64,000 nucleotides of DNA from Veleropilina oligotropha (taxonomy: Eukaryota), in NCBI GenBank assembly GCA_048128005.1, contig JBEUKZ010000096.1, positions 186,001-250,000 of the forward strand, written 5' to 3'. This document shows, piece after piece, positions 28,620-41,815 of this stretch. Position 1 is the first letter of the stretch; every line of letters begins with the position of its first letter. The notes below the pieces were generated by a model that was given only the letters and a program-made list of their open reading frames with translations, was not told the DNA's origin and did no database searches. Position numbers and translations under genes: made by a program.

Positions 28620-29974
28620 TTAGCTGTACATCATTTCCCTCAGTTGCAGAGCACAAAGCATCTATGGATACAGAAAAAAACAACTGCAGGTTGTCTGATA
28701 CTTCCTATTCACAGCATCTGCCAGAAATTACCAGATGAAATATGCTCAAGTCTCCCAGCTTTCCATGCGCTGACAGGATGCGATTCCGTTTCATCATTCT
28801 ATGGCTACGGGAAGAAGAAAGCATGGAAAGCTCTGACCGTCTTGCAAGATAACGGAAATCTTCCAAACCTGACACTGCTTATGGCAGAAGACATCCAAGA
28901 TGCTGTTGCGGTTTCAAGGCCGTTAATCAGCCTCATGTATGATGCTCAGACGAAACACGGAGAGTCACACACCAATCTCAATTCACTTCGCGAAAAGTTG
29001 GCAACAACGAAAAACGTCCCTGTACAGAAATTGCCACCATCTGAACCAGCATTCGTGGAACACGTCAAGCGAGCTGGACACCAGTGTCGCATCTGGATGA
29101 GAGCTGGTGAAGCAAAACCAGATATACCATCGCCAGAGGGGAATGGATGGTATCGTAAAGATGGTATATTACATCCCAAGTTCTTCGAAGGGCCTACATC
29201 AGCCGAGATGATGAACGACCTTGTATGCTCGTGTCGAGGAAGTGAGCTGTGCAGAGATAACTGTACCTGTGCCAAGAACAATCTTCCTTGCACAGACGAG
29301 TGCATGTGTGCGAACAATGACCGAGAATGTGGCAATGGCCATCCAGAAAGTGACAGCGACAGTGACACTGACTAACATGGGCCCTACATGTACATCGTGA
29401 GAGTGACATTTACTATATGATGATCGTGATACTGTACAATGTCATCTTGATATAAGATTTGTTCATAAAAGTATTTCTGATCTTATTAGTTGTTGTTCTT
29501 ATGGAATTTAACTGACATTTGTTGAAATTATTCCAATTTGGTGATTGGTGAATAATAACTCTGTGCCTGACGGCCCGTAAGAGGTCCAACCATCAATTAT
29601 TGCATTTTAATAGGTCCAATTACCCAATATGCATGGAAAACATGCTTGTTTTATCCACATACTATCAGGGCTTCCAATACACACATTTTTATACCAAATT
29701 GATGTTGATAGACTGATTAGCCTAGGGGTAAAGTTATGCATCTTTATGTGTTTTTTCGGAACTCTACAAGTTTTTAGAGGGTGGGGTCAATCAAATGCCA
29801 AAATTTCATAGACCGCACAACAAATCAATACTACATCAGGGCTAAATATGTCCTAGAGATGTCCCTCTTTCATTTAATACCTGTTGTAGCTTTGTGTACA
29901 ACCGGTTGATTAAGTCGAAAAAATTTGGGCCCTGGCCGCTCGCCTAAATGATTACCATCATGAAATAGTGAATA

Positions 29975-31060
29975 TCCAAAAGAATAGCGAGATTAACAAA
30001 AGATAAAAGACTCATCAGTAAGTTTTGTCTAAAAGATACCATAAACGAATTTACATCAAGGGCAATAACTCTGAATAATCGCAGCGCAACATCGAAATTA
30101 GCAAAAGGCACCAGTTCACTTAACATACCCAGCAGGTTTCGTAAAGTTATGTCGAGCGGTGTATGAGATACGCTCCGGAAAAGATAATAATAAAGAATTT
30201 AAGACAAGGGCAATAACTCTGTTAATAATCACTGCATAACGTCAAAATTAGCAAAAGGCACCAGCTCAGCTGCTACTTAATCCATTCACTACGTTTCGTG
30301 AAGTTGTGTAAAGCAGCTTATGAAATATGCTAGGGCAAAGATAACATTAACGATTTACAACAAGGGCAATAACTCTCAATAATCGCCGCACAACGTCAAA
30401 ATTAGCAAAAGGCACCAGTTCTCCAACTACTTAACATACCCAGTTAGTTTCGCAAAGTTATGTCGAGCGGTGTATGAGACACGCTCCAGAAAAGACAACA
30501 ACGAATTTAATACAACGGCAGTAACTCTGTTAATAATCATTTCCCAATGTCGAAATTAGCAAATGACACCAGTTCAACTGCTACTTAATGTCTTCACCAA
30601 GTTTCGTGACGTTAAGTCAAGCGGATTTACGAGATATGCTCTGGAAAAATTAATTGGCATGGACGAACGGACAAAAACGATAACATTAACGATTTACAAC
30701 AAGGGCAATAACTCTGAATAATCACCGCACAGCGTCGAGACATGCAAATGGCACCAGTTCATCAAGTACTTAACATACCCAGCAAGTTTCGCAAAGTTAT
30801 GTCGAGCGGTGTATGAGATACCCCATGGAAAAGATAATAACAATAAATTTAAGACAAGTGCAGTAACTCTGTTAATAATCGTTGCACAACGACGAACTTA
30901 GCAAAAGTCACCAGTTCAGCTGCTACTTAATCCATTCACCAAGTTTCGTGAAATTACGTTGAGCAGATTATGAGATATGCTGTGGAAAAGATAATTTGCA
31001 TGGACGGACGGAACTCGTTTCTATATCCCCCCGTCAACTTCGTTGTTGCGGGGGATAATT
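29975..31060 (-). mobile_element. Helentron-type non-autonomous element with tandem array
   Basis: About six diverged units of caagggcaataactct..ggcaccagttc..gtttcg..aagttatg, a (GGAC)n microsatellite and a terminal stem tatcccccc..gggggata. Confidence 0.7.
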
Positions 31061-31496
31061 AAATAACAATTTATAGTAATTCATGGTCGACAGTCTGATA
31101 CCTGCCAGAGAAAAGAGACAGAGTACGAATGCCTGTTAGGCTGCAAATTAAAATTAATTTTTTAGATTCTCAGGCACTTTTTGAAAAAAAAGTGATAAGG
31201 GAGGGAGGCTTTTTATTGTACAAATTTTTAAGACAGCTTTGTTTTCATAAAAACTGTTTGAAATGACAATTTTCCAACGTTCCATTCTGAATATTTATGG
31301 CAGCAATGCCGCATTGAACTGGCAAACCCTCGAAATCTTCGTCTACCAGAGGCGACTTCGAAATTGTTTCATAAAGAGTTTTTTAAATTGGGGGGAAAAC
31401 GTGATGCGCGTGGTGCATGAGAATCTAAACGATAATTTACGCAGCCTAATTACGACAGTGTTTTTTCTTCTGCGGCGTTATGCGTCTCAGACTCAC

Positions 31497-31679
31497 CGTG
31501 GTGACAGGGCCAGCGGTTCCAGATGCGGTTTGTTCGCCTGCGAGCCGTTTGATTGACGTCGGAGCTGATACAAGGCGGCTGCCGACTGCATCATATCCTG
31601 TCTGGCCTTCTTTAGTCGACGTTCCAATAACAGGTAGTAGGTAGCTGCCACGTGATCATAGTTATCCTTCTCCAACGAA
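31497..31679 (-). CDS. SNRK: SNRK coding exon 4 (UBA end)
   Basis: tttcag|(H)SLEKDNYDHVAATYYLLLERRLKK...PHLEPLALSP|gtgagt, 183 nt. ATYYLL is the AMPK-related kinase UBA signature. Confidence 0.93.
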
Positions 31680-31749
31680 CTGAAATGTACAATTATAACG
31701 CACTCTATACAACAGGTCATGCCGAATAAATCATTTCTGGTTATAATAC

Positions 31750-32614
31750 CAGGGGTTGAAATTGAAAAAAATATCTGGTTGTACACTGTACAACCGAATC
31801 TAGAGATTTGGTTGCCACTTAAAAAATATGGTTGTACATATTGAATTTGAAATACACAGTACATATAATATAGCTTTAGGCCTATTATTATACGGGATAA
31901 TTTTGTTCTAAGAAGCTAGTGTATCATTTTTATAGGAAATCTTCAATTAAAACTACTTTAAAAATTCAAGTCATTAACTATCTAACTTTATCTGCCTAAA
32001 TTTTATTTCGTTTTATTCATATTCTTCAGTTTCATCTGATCATTAGTTGTACTACTAGTATATGAAAAAAGTATTTGCGTTTGTCATACATGCAACACTG
32101 TAAACGGGTGCTCCCCGAAATAAAGGTAGAAACAAGGTAGAAACAAAGAAAAAACATGGCGGGCGCACATGCGACATCGATGTTTTCTTCAGATTTACAG
32201 ACACAAAGTCAATATACTGAACTGATTAAAAGGTATTATACAACTTTTTATTAATAATTAGACACTTTTATGCAAAATATACATGTAATAAGAGATAAAT
32301 GACCCGGAATGGACACGTACCGCACCGGAATTCTCTCGGGCGTTTCCGGCGATGTGTTTCTAGCAAAATTCTTAACGCGTAGCAATGTTTTTCTGCTATT
32401 GTCACGGGAGATATAATTTATTATATGTAAAAGCTGAAGCTTGGGCCGAACCACAGCCGTTCTCATTATATATTTTTCTAAATTAAATTGTTTGACCGCG
32501 AAGTCTTAAAAAATAATTGGTTGTACACGCGGCAACTGCTGTCGGCAGTTTGGTTGCCCACAGGAAAAATTTGGTTGCCGGCGGCAACCAAATGATAGTC
32601 AATTTCGAGCCCTG
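31750..32614. mobile_element. hAT-like MITE with 6-bp TSD
   Basis: TIR CAGGGGTTGAAATTGA / TCAATTTCGAGCCCTG, TSD TAATAC on both sides, subterminal TGGTTG repeats. Confidence 0.82.
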
Positions 32615-33369
32615 TAATACTATATATGTATCATATAGAGAAAACTAGAATGCTCGGTCAACTGTGACCTCATATGGATCCCACGGTAAATCCAAGATGG
32701 TGGCCATATTGGAGGTCGGACCACACACGAAATCTATAAGACTACCTGCAAAGTACAGATTAGAGGATATGTAGCTAGTGTAGAGGAGGAGAGAGAGACG
32801 AATGGAGGGGGGTGCACTCTCTGTATGTTTGTTTCGTAAGCTTGTTTGGATCAACTGTAATAATGAACTTTCAAGTTCTCACAATGACATACATGACCAT
32901 GTTGGCGCACACCACCGTAAATTTCCTTTGTTGTTTCTGTTCGTTTAAACCCAATATCGGTGTGCTATAACACATCTGTTATCGCATGGTTTTCAAATGA
33001 GAAAGCTCCGCCCACACGTGCCGAACAGACAGCGGCAATTTATTATGTAAATAAGCCGCAGGAGTGTTGTTGTTCGTCGCAAGTGAGTGGGCGGAGTTAA
33101 AATAGTGACACGCGACATTCATATTTACAAAGAAAAACAAAGTACTTTTTTAAAATAATTTTTCCAACCTGACTATTGCACGACGCCGAGTCCGTGTTTG
33201 TTGTGAATTCCTCCAAATACTGACACAGAAAGATATCGTCCGCATCCAACATCTTAGACAATTCAACACAATCTGGCTTATCCGAAGCAAAAGCGGTCAT
33301 TGTGCAGACTGGCCTAATAATCGTCGCAGCACGAGTTTTTCGCCAGTGAACGGGGTTTGCGCCAAGTCA

Positions 33370-33536
33370 ATTATAGTACGAGGCAGTGTTCTGTGTTTGA
33401 AATATCGTTGCAGTGTTCGGTGAGTGGTTTCATGTCAATCAACTCGCCCGCTTCGCGGGCTCGTTGATTGACATGAAACCACTCACCGAACACTGCAACG
33501 ATATTTCAAACACAGAACACTGCCTCGTACTATAAT
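33370..33536. repeat. Perfect 74-bp inverted repeat with a GC mini-hairpin apex
   Basis: 33370-33443 is the exact reverse complement of 33463-33536; the apex is tc-gcccgc-ttc-gcgggc-tc. Confidence 0.95.
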
Positions 33537-33824
33537 CATTACTTATCGCGGGAGGAAAACACATTTGCTCGGCAAACTCCGGCGACCATCACTGGCCAGT
33601 TATGAAGTGCCCCGTCGAGGATTCGAAACCCACTCAGGTCTATTAAACAAACAGATAGGTCAAGCTGGTGAATTGAGAGCCCACTCGACTACCGGTGCGG
33701 CCAGATTTACAGTAACTGTATGGATTCTTTTGTGAAAGGAAATGTGGGATTTCGGTAGAGGTAGTGTGGAATTACTTTCGAGTCAGAGAGTGGACTTTCT
33801 TTAGATGGGAGAGTGTAGACTTAC

Positions 33825-34031
33825 TGTTGAATCTCCTCTTTGCTGGCGATGTTCCCGTCAATCATCCGATGCAGCACGTGATTGTGGTCCTCCTCAGACA
33901 CGGTTTCACGCGAGATGAGCGGCGTGTATACCGGGGGCAGGGGTTCTACTCCCTTCAGCCAAGTGTGGTTCATTATGTCGTTCAGCGAGGCACGGTGCCC
34001 GGGCTCTCGTACCAGCATCCGAGATATTAAC
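33825..34031 (-). CDS. SNRK: SNRK coding exon 3 (kinase end and start of UBA-like region)
   Basis: ttccag|(Q)LISRMLVREPGHRASLNDIMNHTWL...EEDHNHVLHRMIDGNIASKEEIQ|gtaagt, 207 nt. Confidence 0.93.
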
Positions 34032-34034
34032 CTG

Positions 34035-34295
34035 GAAGGAAAAAAGGAAAGGATCGATGCCCTGTATATTTCTAACCATTAAGTTCAGAGCAGGACATGT
34101 TCATATTAGCCCGGTCGCCTGGGGGAACCCGCCATCTCCGACAAGTTACGGGCAACTCTGGTTCACAACTAGAATAAATAATGTCATGTCCCAACCGAGG
34201 TTCGAACCCACTACAGTACTGTTCGTGTCAGCGGAATCAAGGTTCCAGTGATTTTTTGGAGTGTGCAACCGAAACCATACGACTGTCGAAGCGAC
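34035..34295 (-). mobile_element. tRNA-SINE family A copy abutting the exon 3 acceptor
   Basis: B-box ggttcgaacc, V-domain-like gggttcccccaggcgaccggg, and a tail gcatcgatcctttcctttttt running into the acceptor. Confidence 0.8.
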
Positions 34296-34479
34296 CAAAC
34301 CCTGGAAGGAAGCCATGTATACAACGATGGCAACATAATAATACATTTGTGGATAGCATTCCCGAAGGGGGAGTTTAGTGCGACACAGCACTAATAAAAA
34401 AATGTCATGCGCATTTGATTTTGTATCACATCAGCAGAGCTCTGCCTCTCGCAGTATAGAATATAACATTGATTAGAAA

Positions 34480-34725
34480 CTTTGGTTTGATTTGAATCAC
34501 TGCTTAATGTTCTATTTTAACATATATATCAGGGTCATATCAGGACACGTCCAAACTATCGCAGGAGAAAAGCCCGGTTGCAGAGAAAACCCTTCTGTAC
34601 AAGCCATTTATGGCCAACATTTACTGTAAAAGGAGCAAGGCTCCCAGCCGAGGGCTCGAAGTCACTCCTGTCGAGAGAGCAGTCGAGTTCACGAGTGAAT
34701 GCTTTTATCAATTAAACTACCGGGT
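34480..34725 (-). mobile_element. Diverged tRNA-SINE
   Basis: B-box-like gggctcgaag and a V-like ggagaaaagcccgg..agaaaaccc on the reverse strand. Confidence 0.5.
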
Positions 34726-34791
34726 GGAAAACAATAGAAGACATACTTATGCCCCATATGCCGGTCAGTTCAGAGAGAAGCTTTGAATAAA

Positions 34792-35209
34792 AGCCCCGTT
34801 CATACTACAAATATAATCAGAATTAAAATAAACCGGTTTAAAATATTCCGGTTTATTTTGCATCTCCACACGCTATTCAGATTATTTATGTGGGTGTTAT
34901 CACTTTGTTATCTTAATAGACCATGTCATGTGCACAGGCGTGTATCGAGAGAAGCGACCAAACTCGTGTTAATGTACATAGGCATACATCAGACTCAAAG
35001 CGAGGCAAACCGGTTAGAAGTAACTCGAGCAATTACACTACCAGATAAGTCGGATTAAAATATATAAGCCGGTTTCCAACCAACATCAGGATAAGGATTA
35101 TTTTAAGCCGGTTCGAATCGAATTATTTGCGTTTATACACGCCAAATATAATGCGGATTAAAATAAACCGGTTTCGAACCGGACTATATTTGGTAGAGTG
35201 AACGTGGCT
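34792..35209. mobile_element. PIF/Harbinger-like MITE
   Basis: TIR AGCCCCGTTCATACTAC / GTAGAGTGAACGTGGCT, AAA/TAA flanks (imperfect TSD), internal AACCGGTT repeats. Confidence 0.55.
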
Positions 35210-36995
35210 TAAAATAGGCAGTTAAACTTCAAGTGGTCGTAAAAATGACAGGGCCTTCTCTCAACTCTTTTATCAGGAATGCGTTAGTCGGCCTTTCTTC
35301 TAAACACAACCTGTAAGTTCAACATATTCAACACTTCAAGTTCATTAATGCAGATCTATTCAAATCAATATCGACACTTTGATATTATAATATTTATAAT
35401 CATGACCAACATAAACTGGTTACATTGTCACTGGCACGCTACATGCTGTTATCAGGAATATATTATTATAACACAAATCAATACATAATAACACCTATCT
35501 CCTCCGAAATTCCTAAACAAAATCGATAGGAAAATGAATGTAACATAAATAAGATTGTACGTGACAATGTAATGTAGCCAATATATACTAAAAATTCAGC
35601 TATATGTATAACGTAGTGTTAGCCAAAAATATTTCAGCAGATAGTATATTGTTCTACAGGTGTACATTTCATTACATGTATAAATATGTATAAATGTGTT
35701 GTGTGATAAACAATATTATTACAATAAAAGTCTATTAAATATTCACTTCATATTTGTTATATCTAATAGATATGTAATAAACAATACATCAAACAATTTA
35801 CTGGAAAACATTACTTGTATATATTAAAAGCATTAAATTGGATTCCGTTTAACTTTTTATTTATTTTAGATTAACCACTTCAGAGAAATTAACTCTGTTA
35901 CACATAATATTGGAATTAAATTTATTAAATATAAAATATCTTTTATTATGTTTTTTATTCGATCGCATACAGTCATAATGGCAATGTGAATTCTATGTTT
36001 TGATTGGATGACGTCAGTTACATACATCCACATGCACACCGCCTGGGCATTGACATTTGTCTAAGCCCAATACAAATACTGTTTTCGTGGTTTTAATGTT
36101 AACATTTGCACAGAATCGTTTTACTCAGAGGATGTCAGCAAAATCATTGCTCCCATTCATCGATCTTAGTGGAAAATAATTTTATCGACTAGTTTTGACC
36201 TGGCGGATATAAAACGTCAATCTTGTCGCTGCTAAATATGGATAATTTCATCTGCGGACTATTATAATCTAAGCTGCCACAGCATCTGTATATTCCAATT
36301 AAGGCTGGCATCACAAGACGCAATGTCGATATAAAGCCAGGAAGCGACTTGTCTTGCAGGTCTTCGATGGTGGCAGCTAATGAACCTCAGCGATGGTGGA
36401 ATCGGTCGATATTTTATGCCGCAAACGCCGAATGACCTAAAAACTCTTATCCAGCTTATTGACATTACTCTTTGATCAATCTTAACTGTGCCACGTGACG
36501 ATGATAACAGAATATCTCCAGTCTCGCCAAAAATATCAATATTTGCAGAAGGACATGCAAATTGAGCGACAAACGCTTCCAATTTGGCGCATAAGGTCTT
36601 AACTAATTACAGGACTATAATTCATCAATTGTTACTTCAGGTACTTGGAAATTTAACCCCAATTACAAATGCCTTAAGGGCAGAGGTAATCAACACAAAA
36701 CATCACATGTAATTACCTAATGTCAACTAAAAACCTTGTAAGCGCTCGTATACAATATTAGACAACAACTTATTTACCATAATACACCATATAAGTGCTC
36801 TTATACACTATTTGCTAACAACTATATTATAACATACGTTATATGCGCTCGTACACAATATTGCAGTTTTGGCTAATGACTATATATATATATATATATA
36901 TTTACATTATCATCGATCACTTCAGTATTTGCCAACAACTATATACCGTATAAGCACTCATACACAATATTGGTTATACGCGCTCATATACTCAC

Positions 36996-37137
36996 TGAAT
37001 GCAGTCCGGGGACACGTGAAGCGAGACCTTGTATTTACAGTCCATTATTTTGGTCAGCGTCTCGCTGTCGTTAGCCTCTTGAAACGGTGCATGACCACAC
37101 ACCAACATGTAGAGGATCACTCCCAGACTCCAGACAT
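36996..37137 (-). CDS. SNRK: SNRK coding exon 2
   Basis: Not in the ORF track; read by hand as tttcag|(D)[46 protein letters not shown]|gtgagt, 142 nt. Confidence 0.95.
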
Positions 37138-37424
37138 CTGAAACACGGAGGAACGGATATAATCAATGGAAGTATTATGCTCCGATCATGCAACATGGTC
37201 ACCAATTAATCCTTCCTGTGCAGAGTATATTTTGACTCTGCGCTTTTTTTTGGAGTACCTATATTTTGACTGTAAGCTTATACGGGAGCCGTGTCCAGGG
37301 AATATGCCCACCAGATTTATATACGGGAGCCGAATACGAAGGGTTCAAGTTCAGTGGTAAAAGACAAACAACAAAAGGGCGTACAATACATACAATAACT
37401 GCCACTTGGCAAAATACTCTGCTA

Positions 37425-37660
37425 GATTGGTTGGTTGGCAACTTTGTTTTACGACCACTTCAAAAAGGTAATTTTTCAGCCCTAATGCAGTCGGGACACC
37501 CGGCTTAATGTCTCACTATAATCTGATCGACATACATTAAGGATATGCCATCTATTATTTTAAGCAATAGAATAAGCCGCCAGCTGGACTCGAACCCGCG
37601 CCCTCCTGATTGTCTCGGTTCAGTGTCTGACACGCTATCCACTCACCTGCCGAAGCAGTT
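37425..37660 (-). mobile_element. tRNA-derived SINE (family C)
   Basis: Minus-strand A box (GAGTGGATAGCG) and B box (GGGTTCGAGTCC), followed by a non-tRNA body and a (CCAA)n tail. Confidence 0.65.
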
Positions 37661-38136
37661 TGATCTGCTAGAAAACAGTTTAAAATAAATAATTAACAAG
37701 CAACATCCTCTAACCCAAAACTAATGAGCATATCAAATTTGAGGCAAATCTAATTATAAAGTTCTGTAGACTGAAGAGCGAACTCAAGAAATCTCTGTGG
37801 ATGCAGTGGCGCAGAATGCGGTGAAACGGAGCCAAAGCATATAGTCTGCTGATTAACAATACCGGTAGTGAAACATTTAGCAAGTTTAGTAAGGTGGCTA
37901 TTAAAATATTGATGACCTTGATATACAGTCAGCACAGTAGACAAAATATGCAATTACTAATACACACATCATGTGCGCTAAATATACACGTGTACATATG
38001 ATATTGTGATATGATAATACAGTTGGTCCCAGTACATGCAGTTCAGACGATATTTACATTATATGAACGCGAGATTTTCTCTGATCAGTGTTGCGAAGGT
38101 ATTTACAAGGCATAAATTACTTGGTTGTTTCAGGTG

Positions 38137-38437
38137 CGACCGCTTCGACAGTCGTGTGGTAATTGTTGTAGACTGCGAAAATCACTGACTTGATTCCGCT
38201 GACGCGAACAGCAGTGGGTTCAAACTTCGGCAGGTACATCACACATTTGTTCAAGTTATGAATCACAGTTGTCCGTAATTGGTCGGAGAGGGCGGGTTTC
38301 ACCGGGCGACTGGGCTTTCCTCCCGTGATAATATGGAGTCCATGTCCTGCTTGGAATCAAATGATGATTGGAAATATACAGTAATACTGTTTACAGGACA
38401 TTAAGCATCGATCCCTTCTTTTCCTTTTTTTGTTTCA
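38137..38437 (+). mobile_element. tRNA-SINE family A copy, antisense to SNRK
   Basis: gggttcaaact B box, gggcgggtttcaccgggcgactgggctttcctccc, and the tail caggacattaagcatcgatccc. Confidence 0.8.
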
Positions 38438-39847
38438 GGTGATCTTCTCTACGAAACATTTCATGTGGGTGTTATTGTGTGGTCCATGCATTTAGACTAA
38501 ACTGCCACAGTATGTTCATGACTTTCTAACAAAAACATTATTGTAAAACTATGATGGACCGTTGCATTGATGGAGCGTTCTGTGAATGCTCCAGAGATAC
38601 ATATCCATGCTAATGCCTAATTCCATATGCATTCGATGGTGCATAACGAGTCTATCATTGATCCCTGAACAATGTACATATATTCATGCTGGTTAATGAC
38701 TGCTCATTTCTTCTTTAAGGAGCGTAGGCACTCCAATACAATATTAAATAACGGCTATCAAGTCATGTTATGGAGGCCACGCTCATGAAATGCAATTAGG
38801 TGATGTGCAACTTCTGAACTATATATAATGGTAATAGTACATATTAAACAAAAGAAGAGAGTTTTCACGGACTGATGAATATACTTGGCTATTTCATGCT
38901 ATGGCAATAATTGTTTAACTCTGCAGTAATGGGAGATGACTTACAACTACAATCCTTCAAGTAAATCGGTTTCTGTGACATTCAGCAGACTACTTTCGTG
39001 ATTGTTATTACTAAAACATGTAAAAGGATCAGACAGCAGCCTGACACTAGTTTGCTATATATAGTGAATAGAAACACATTATTTGATGGTTACAAGTAGA
39101 TGCTTGTGAGATAATGACAAATGAATGCACTGTAATGTGTACGCATGAAATGTTTAAGTTTTTATTTTTCATTTGAAATGAAACGACATATTAATCAAAC
39201 TTTCAATTAACAAATTCCAAAATACTTCATGTCTGGAAAACATCAGGTAAAATTAAACGTCACGCAAAATTAAAGAAATGGAAACCATTTCCCTGAGACC
39301 TCCGACACCACTGTTTACATCTATCCATATAGATTCATTCATACACACTGAGAGTCTAAAAATACACTGCACATCCACAACAAAGTCCCAGTGGAAATCA
39401 CAGGAATTGCTGAGGAAATCTTTTACAGCTCATAAAAAATCCACACTGTTCACGCCAGCAAGATAGCGGAGATACCTGTGGAATGCCTCCCCACGTCTGC
39501 GCTCTATCAAATGGCGGTAATCGGTATGCAGTTTATTTTTAGGAAGAGCAATTCACTTGAATTCTAGCCAGCAGAAATCATATGGCCCTGGCATTGGAGC
39601 GGGGCCTTGATGTTTGTTCAGTGAGAAATACGAACAGCGAAGCAGACGTTTTACAAGTACAGATGGATGACTTGATGGTTAATGTCCTGTATATTTACAC
39701 CCATCAGGTTCAAAGCGGGGCGTGACCATATTATCATGGGAGGAAAGCCTGGTCGCCCGGAGGACAATTGCAATTAATAACTGCAATTAATAACTGAACA
39801 AAGAATGTCATGTTTCAACCGAGATTCAAATCCGCTCCTGTTTGTTA

Positions 39848-41078
39848 GGCCCCAAAAAAATGTCTTGGTTCCTGTTACCCTACCCTACCTAAATTTTCGG
39901 CCCTACCCTAAACTTTTTCAGATATTAACATTTTTTTAAAATCCATCTCGCCCCTGACCATACTATTTTCTCTCTGGAAGGCTTTGTGATGTGACATGTC
40001 TATTAAATAGGATTAATGGCCGCATATTACCATATCAGGCCTGCACAAATTGAATTTTTGCATAACCCGTTTGTGGGTTACGCCAAATAGTAGTTGCGTA
40101 ACCCATTTTATTTGGGCAACCCTTTTTATAAGAAACTTTTTCAATTCATTAATAATACTTTATACCGCCGGTATATATAATATAATATTGCTAATATTGT
40201 TGGTAATAAATTGTATAATTGATGTAGTTTTTTATTAATAATTATTTATTTTTTAAAATGGGTTAAAGAAACTTCAAATAAAATTTTAAATTCAAATTTA
40301 ATTTAGTAATTTTTATCTCAATTTTATAATTGATACAAGTGTCACCACTGTTTGCGAGTTTTCCCTTGTACAATATCGAGGTATCGGTAACAATAACATG
40401 GAAAATGTTGCAGTATAAATATATTATGTACATTTAAATATAGACCAAATTCTATATTTATAAAAGCAATATCATTATTGTGTTATAATAATGTAATATT
40501 TTAATGAATTTAGTGAGAAGTATGTCAATAATGTCCGACATGTCTTGTAAAATAAAATATCTCAGAAGCATGTGAAGCAGACACAGCTTTGGTTGTTGCA
40601 GAAAACTGGGAATTCCCAGTTACTATTTTTAGAATAATCCAGGGACACAAATCCGTCATGATTTATAATATGTGAACCCCATAGCACATGTTCTGCAGGG
40701 TCACATTTAGAACTTTTCGAAGTTGTAAACAAGTAGATTCTTTGCCATGCTTTGTTGGTACAATTTTAAAAGTAGTTTATTGCGGCTTCAGCCATATCAA
40801 CATTCGTTACGTGACAAGGCAAATATCTATTGAATTGAATAAACTGAAATTGCCTATCAACTGAAATTTTGCGCGAACGAAAATTGGGTTACGCAACATT
40901 GCATTTGTGCGAGCTGAACGATAGTTCGCGCAATTTGTGCAGGCCTGCATATGACATTTAAATTTGGGAAAAATCGATACATATATGAAAAACTTTACCA
41001 ATAATAAAAAAATTTACCTACCTACCTACCCTAATTTTTATGACCATGTAACAGGAACCAAAGGATTTTTTTTTGGCC
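39848..41078. mobile_element. Zator-like non-autonomous element
   Basis: GGCC...GGCC ends, TIR including ggttcctgttac/gtaacaggaacc, TTA TSD, subterminal CCTAC repeats. Confidence 0.75.
40036..40947. mobile_element. hAT-like MITE with 5-bp TSD, nested in the Zator-like element
   Basis: Perfect 17-bp TIR CAGGCCTGCACAAATTG, TSD CATAT. Confidence 0.85.
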
Positions 41079-41815
41079 TTAGCTTGAGCTTGAACCAGTG
41101 ACTTGAGAGTCGGCACTCGATACCACACGACTACCGGAGCGGCCACATTTACATACACTTGAGAAGAAGATAGTTTAATACAAGAGGAGAAAGACAATGA
41201 TAGAACGAGACACACAGTGTCACCTAAAGAACAATTACATTCAAAAATGTTACAAGATTTAATATAAATTTATAAGTAAGTTTACAAGATCATGATGCGT
41301 TGCCACCAGGGTACTATAAATACAAGTGATTGCCACTAAGTGGTGATTGTCCCCCGCCCGTATTATTGACCACATATATATTTTTGCCCACTGTGTATTC
41401 AGTAACTCAATGAGAATTCATTAATTAAGTAAGATTTCCTGCCACCAGAGGCTACAGAGATAGATATATGTATCCAGATATTCTTAAAGTGTAAATACTT
41501 AAGTAAATTAAATAATTCTCATTATTCGAACTTTATCCATCCCATTGTGGTTGTTAGTTGGTCTGTGAAGTTTCAGAAAGCTAGCATTTCTTTACATGGA
41601 AAATTAGTTGTTAGAAAATTGATAAATTTCATACATGCATAGATCAGACTATGTTTTAAATCAACAAAATTCAACAATTAATCAAGGTTTAAAAAAATCT
41701 CCAATACTTGAACTAGATCTACCCCATGATGGGGTTAGTTGATCTGTAAAGTTTCAGAAAGCTAGCATCTCTGTAAATGAAATAAATGCATGTGAGAATA
41801 TTTACCACATCCATG

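Larger units (their letters stand above)
39663..41143 (-). mobile_element. SINE family A copy split by a Zator-like MITE
   Basis: SINE sequence stops at 39847 and resumes collinearly at 41082 (accagtgacttgagagtc..ccacacgactaccggagcggcc). Confidence 0.7.

Noticed and set aside
33097..33300. 67 aa ORF next to the perfect hairpin
   Set aside because: No recognisable domain; at most a relic within a repeat.
37205..37350. piggyBac-like MITE (ttaatcctt...aagggttca)
   Set aside because: The ends and TTAA sites are too degenerate.
37575..37660. tRNA gene (also 57040-57137)
   Set aside because: A and B boxes are present but there is no clean cloverleaf, and they run into SINE bodies.
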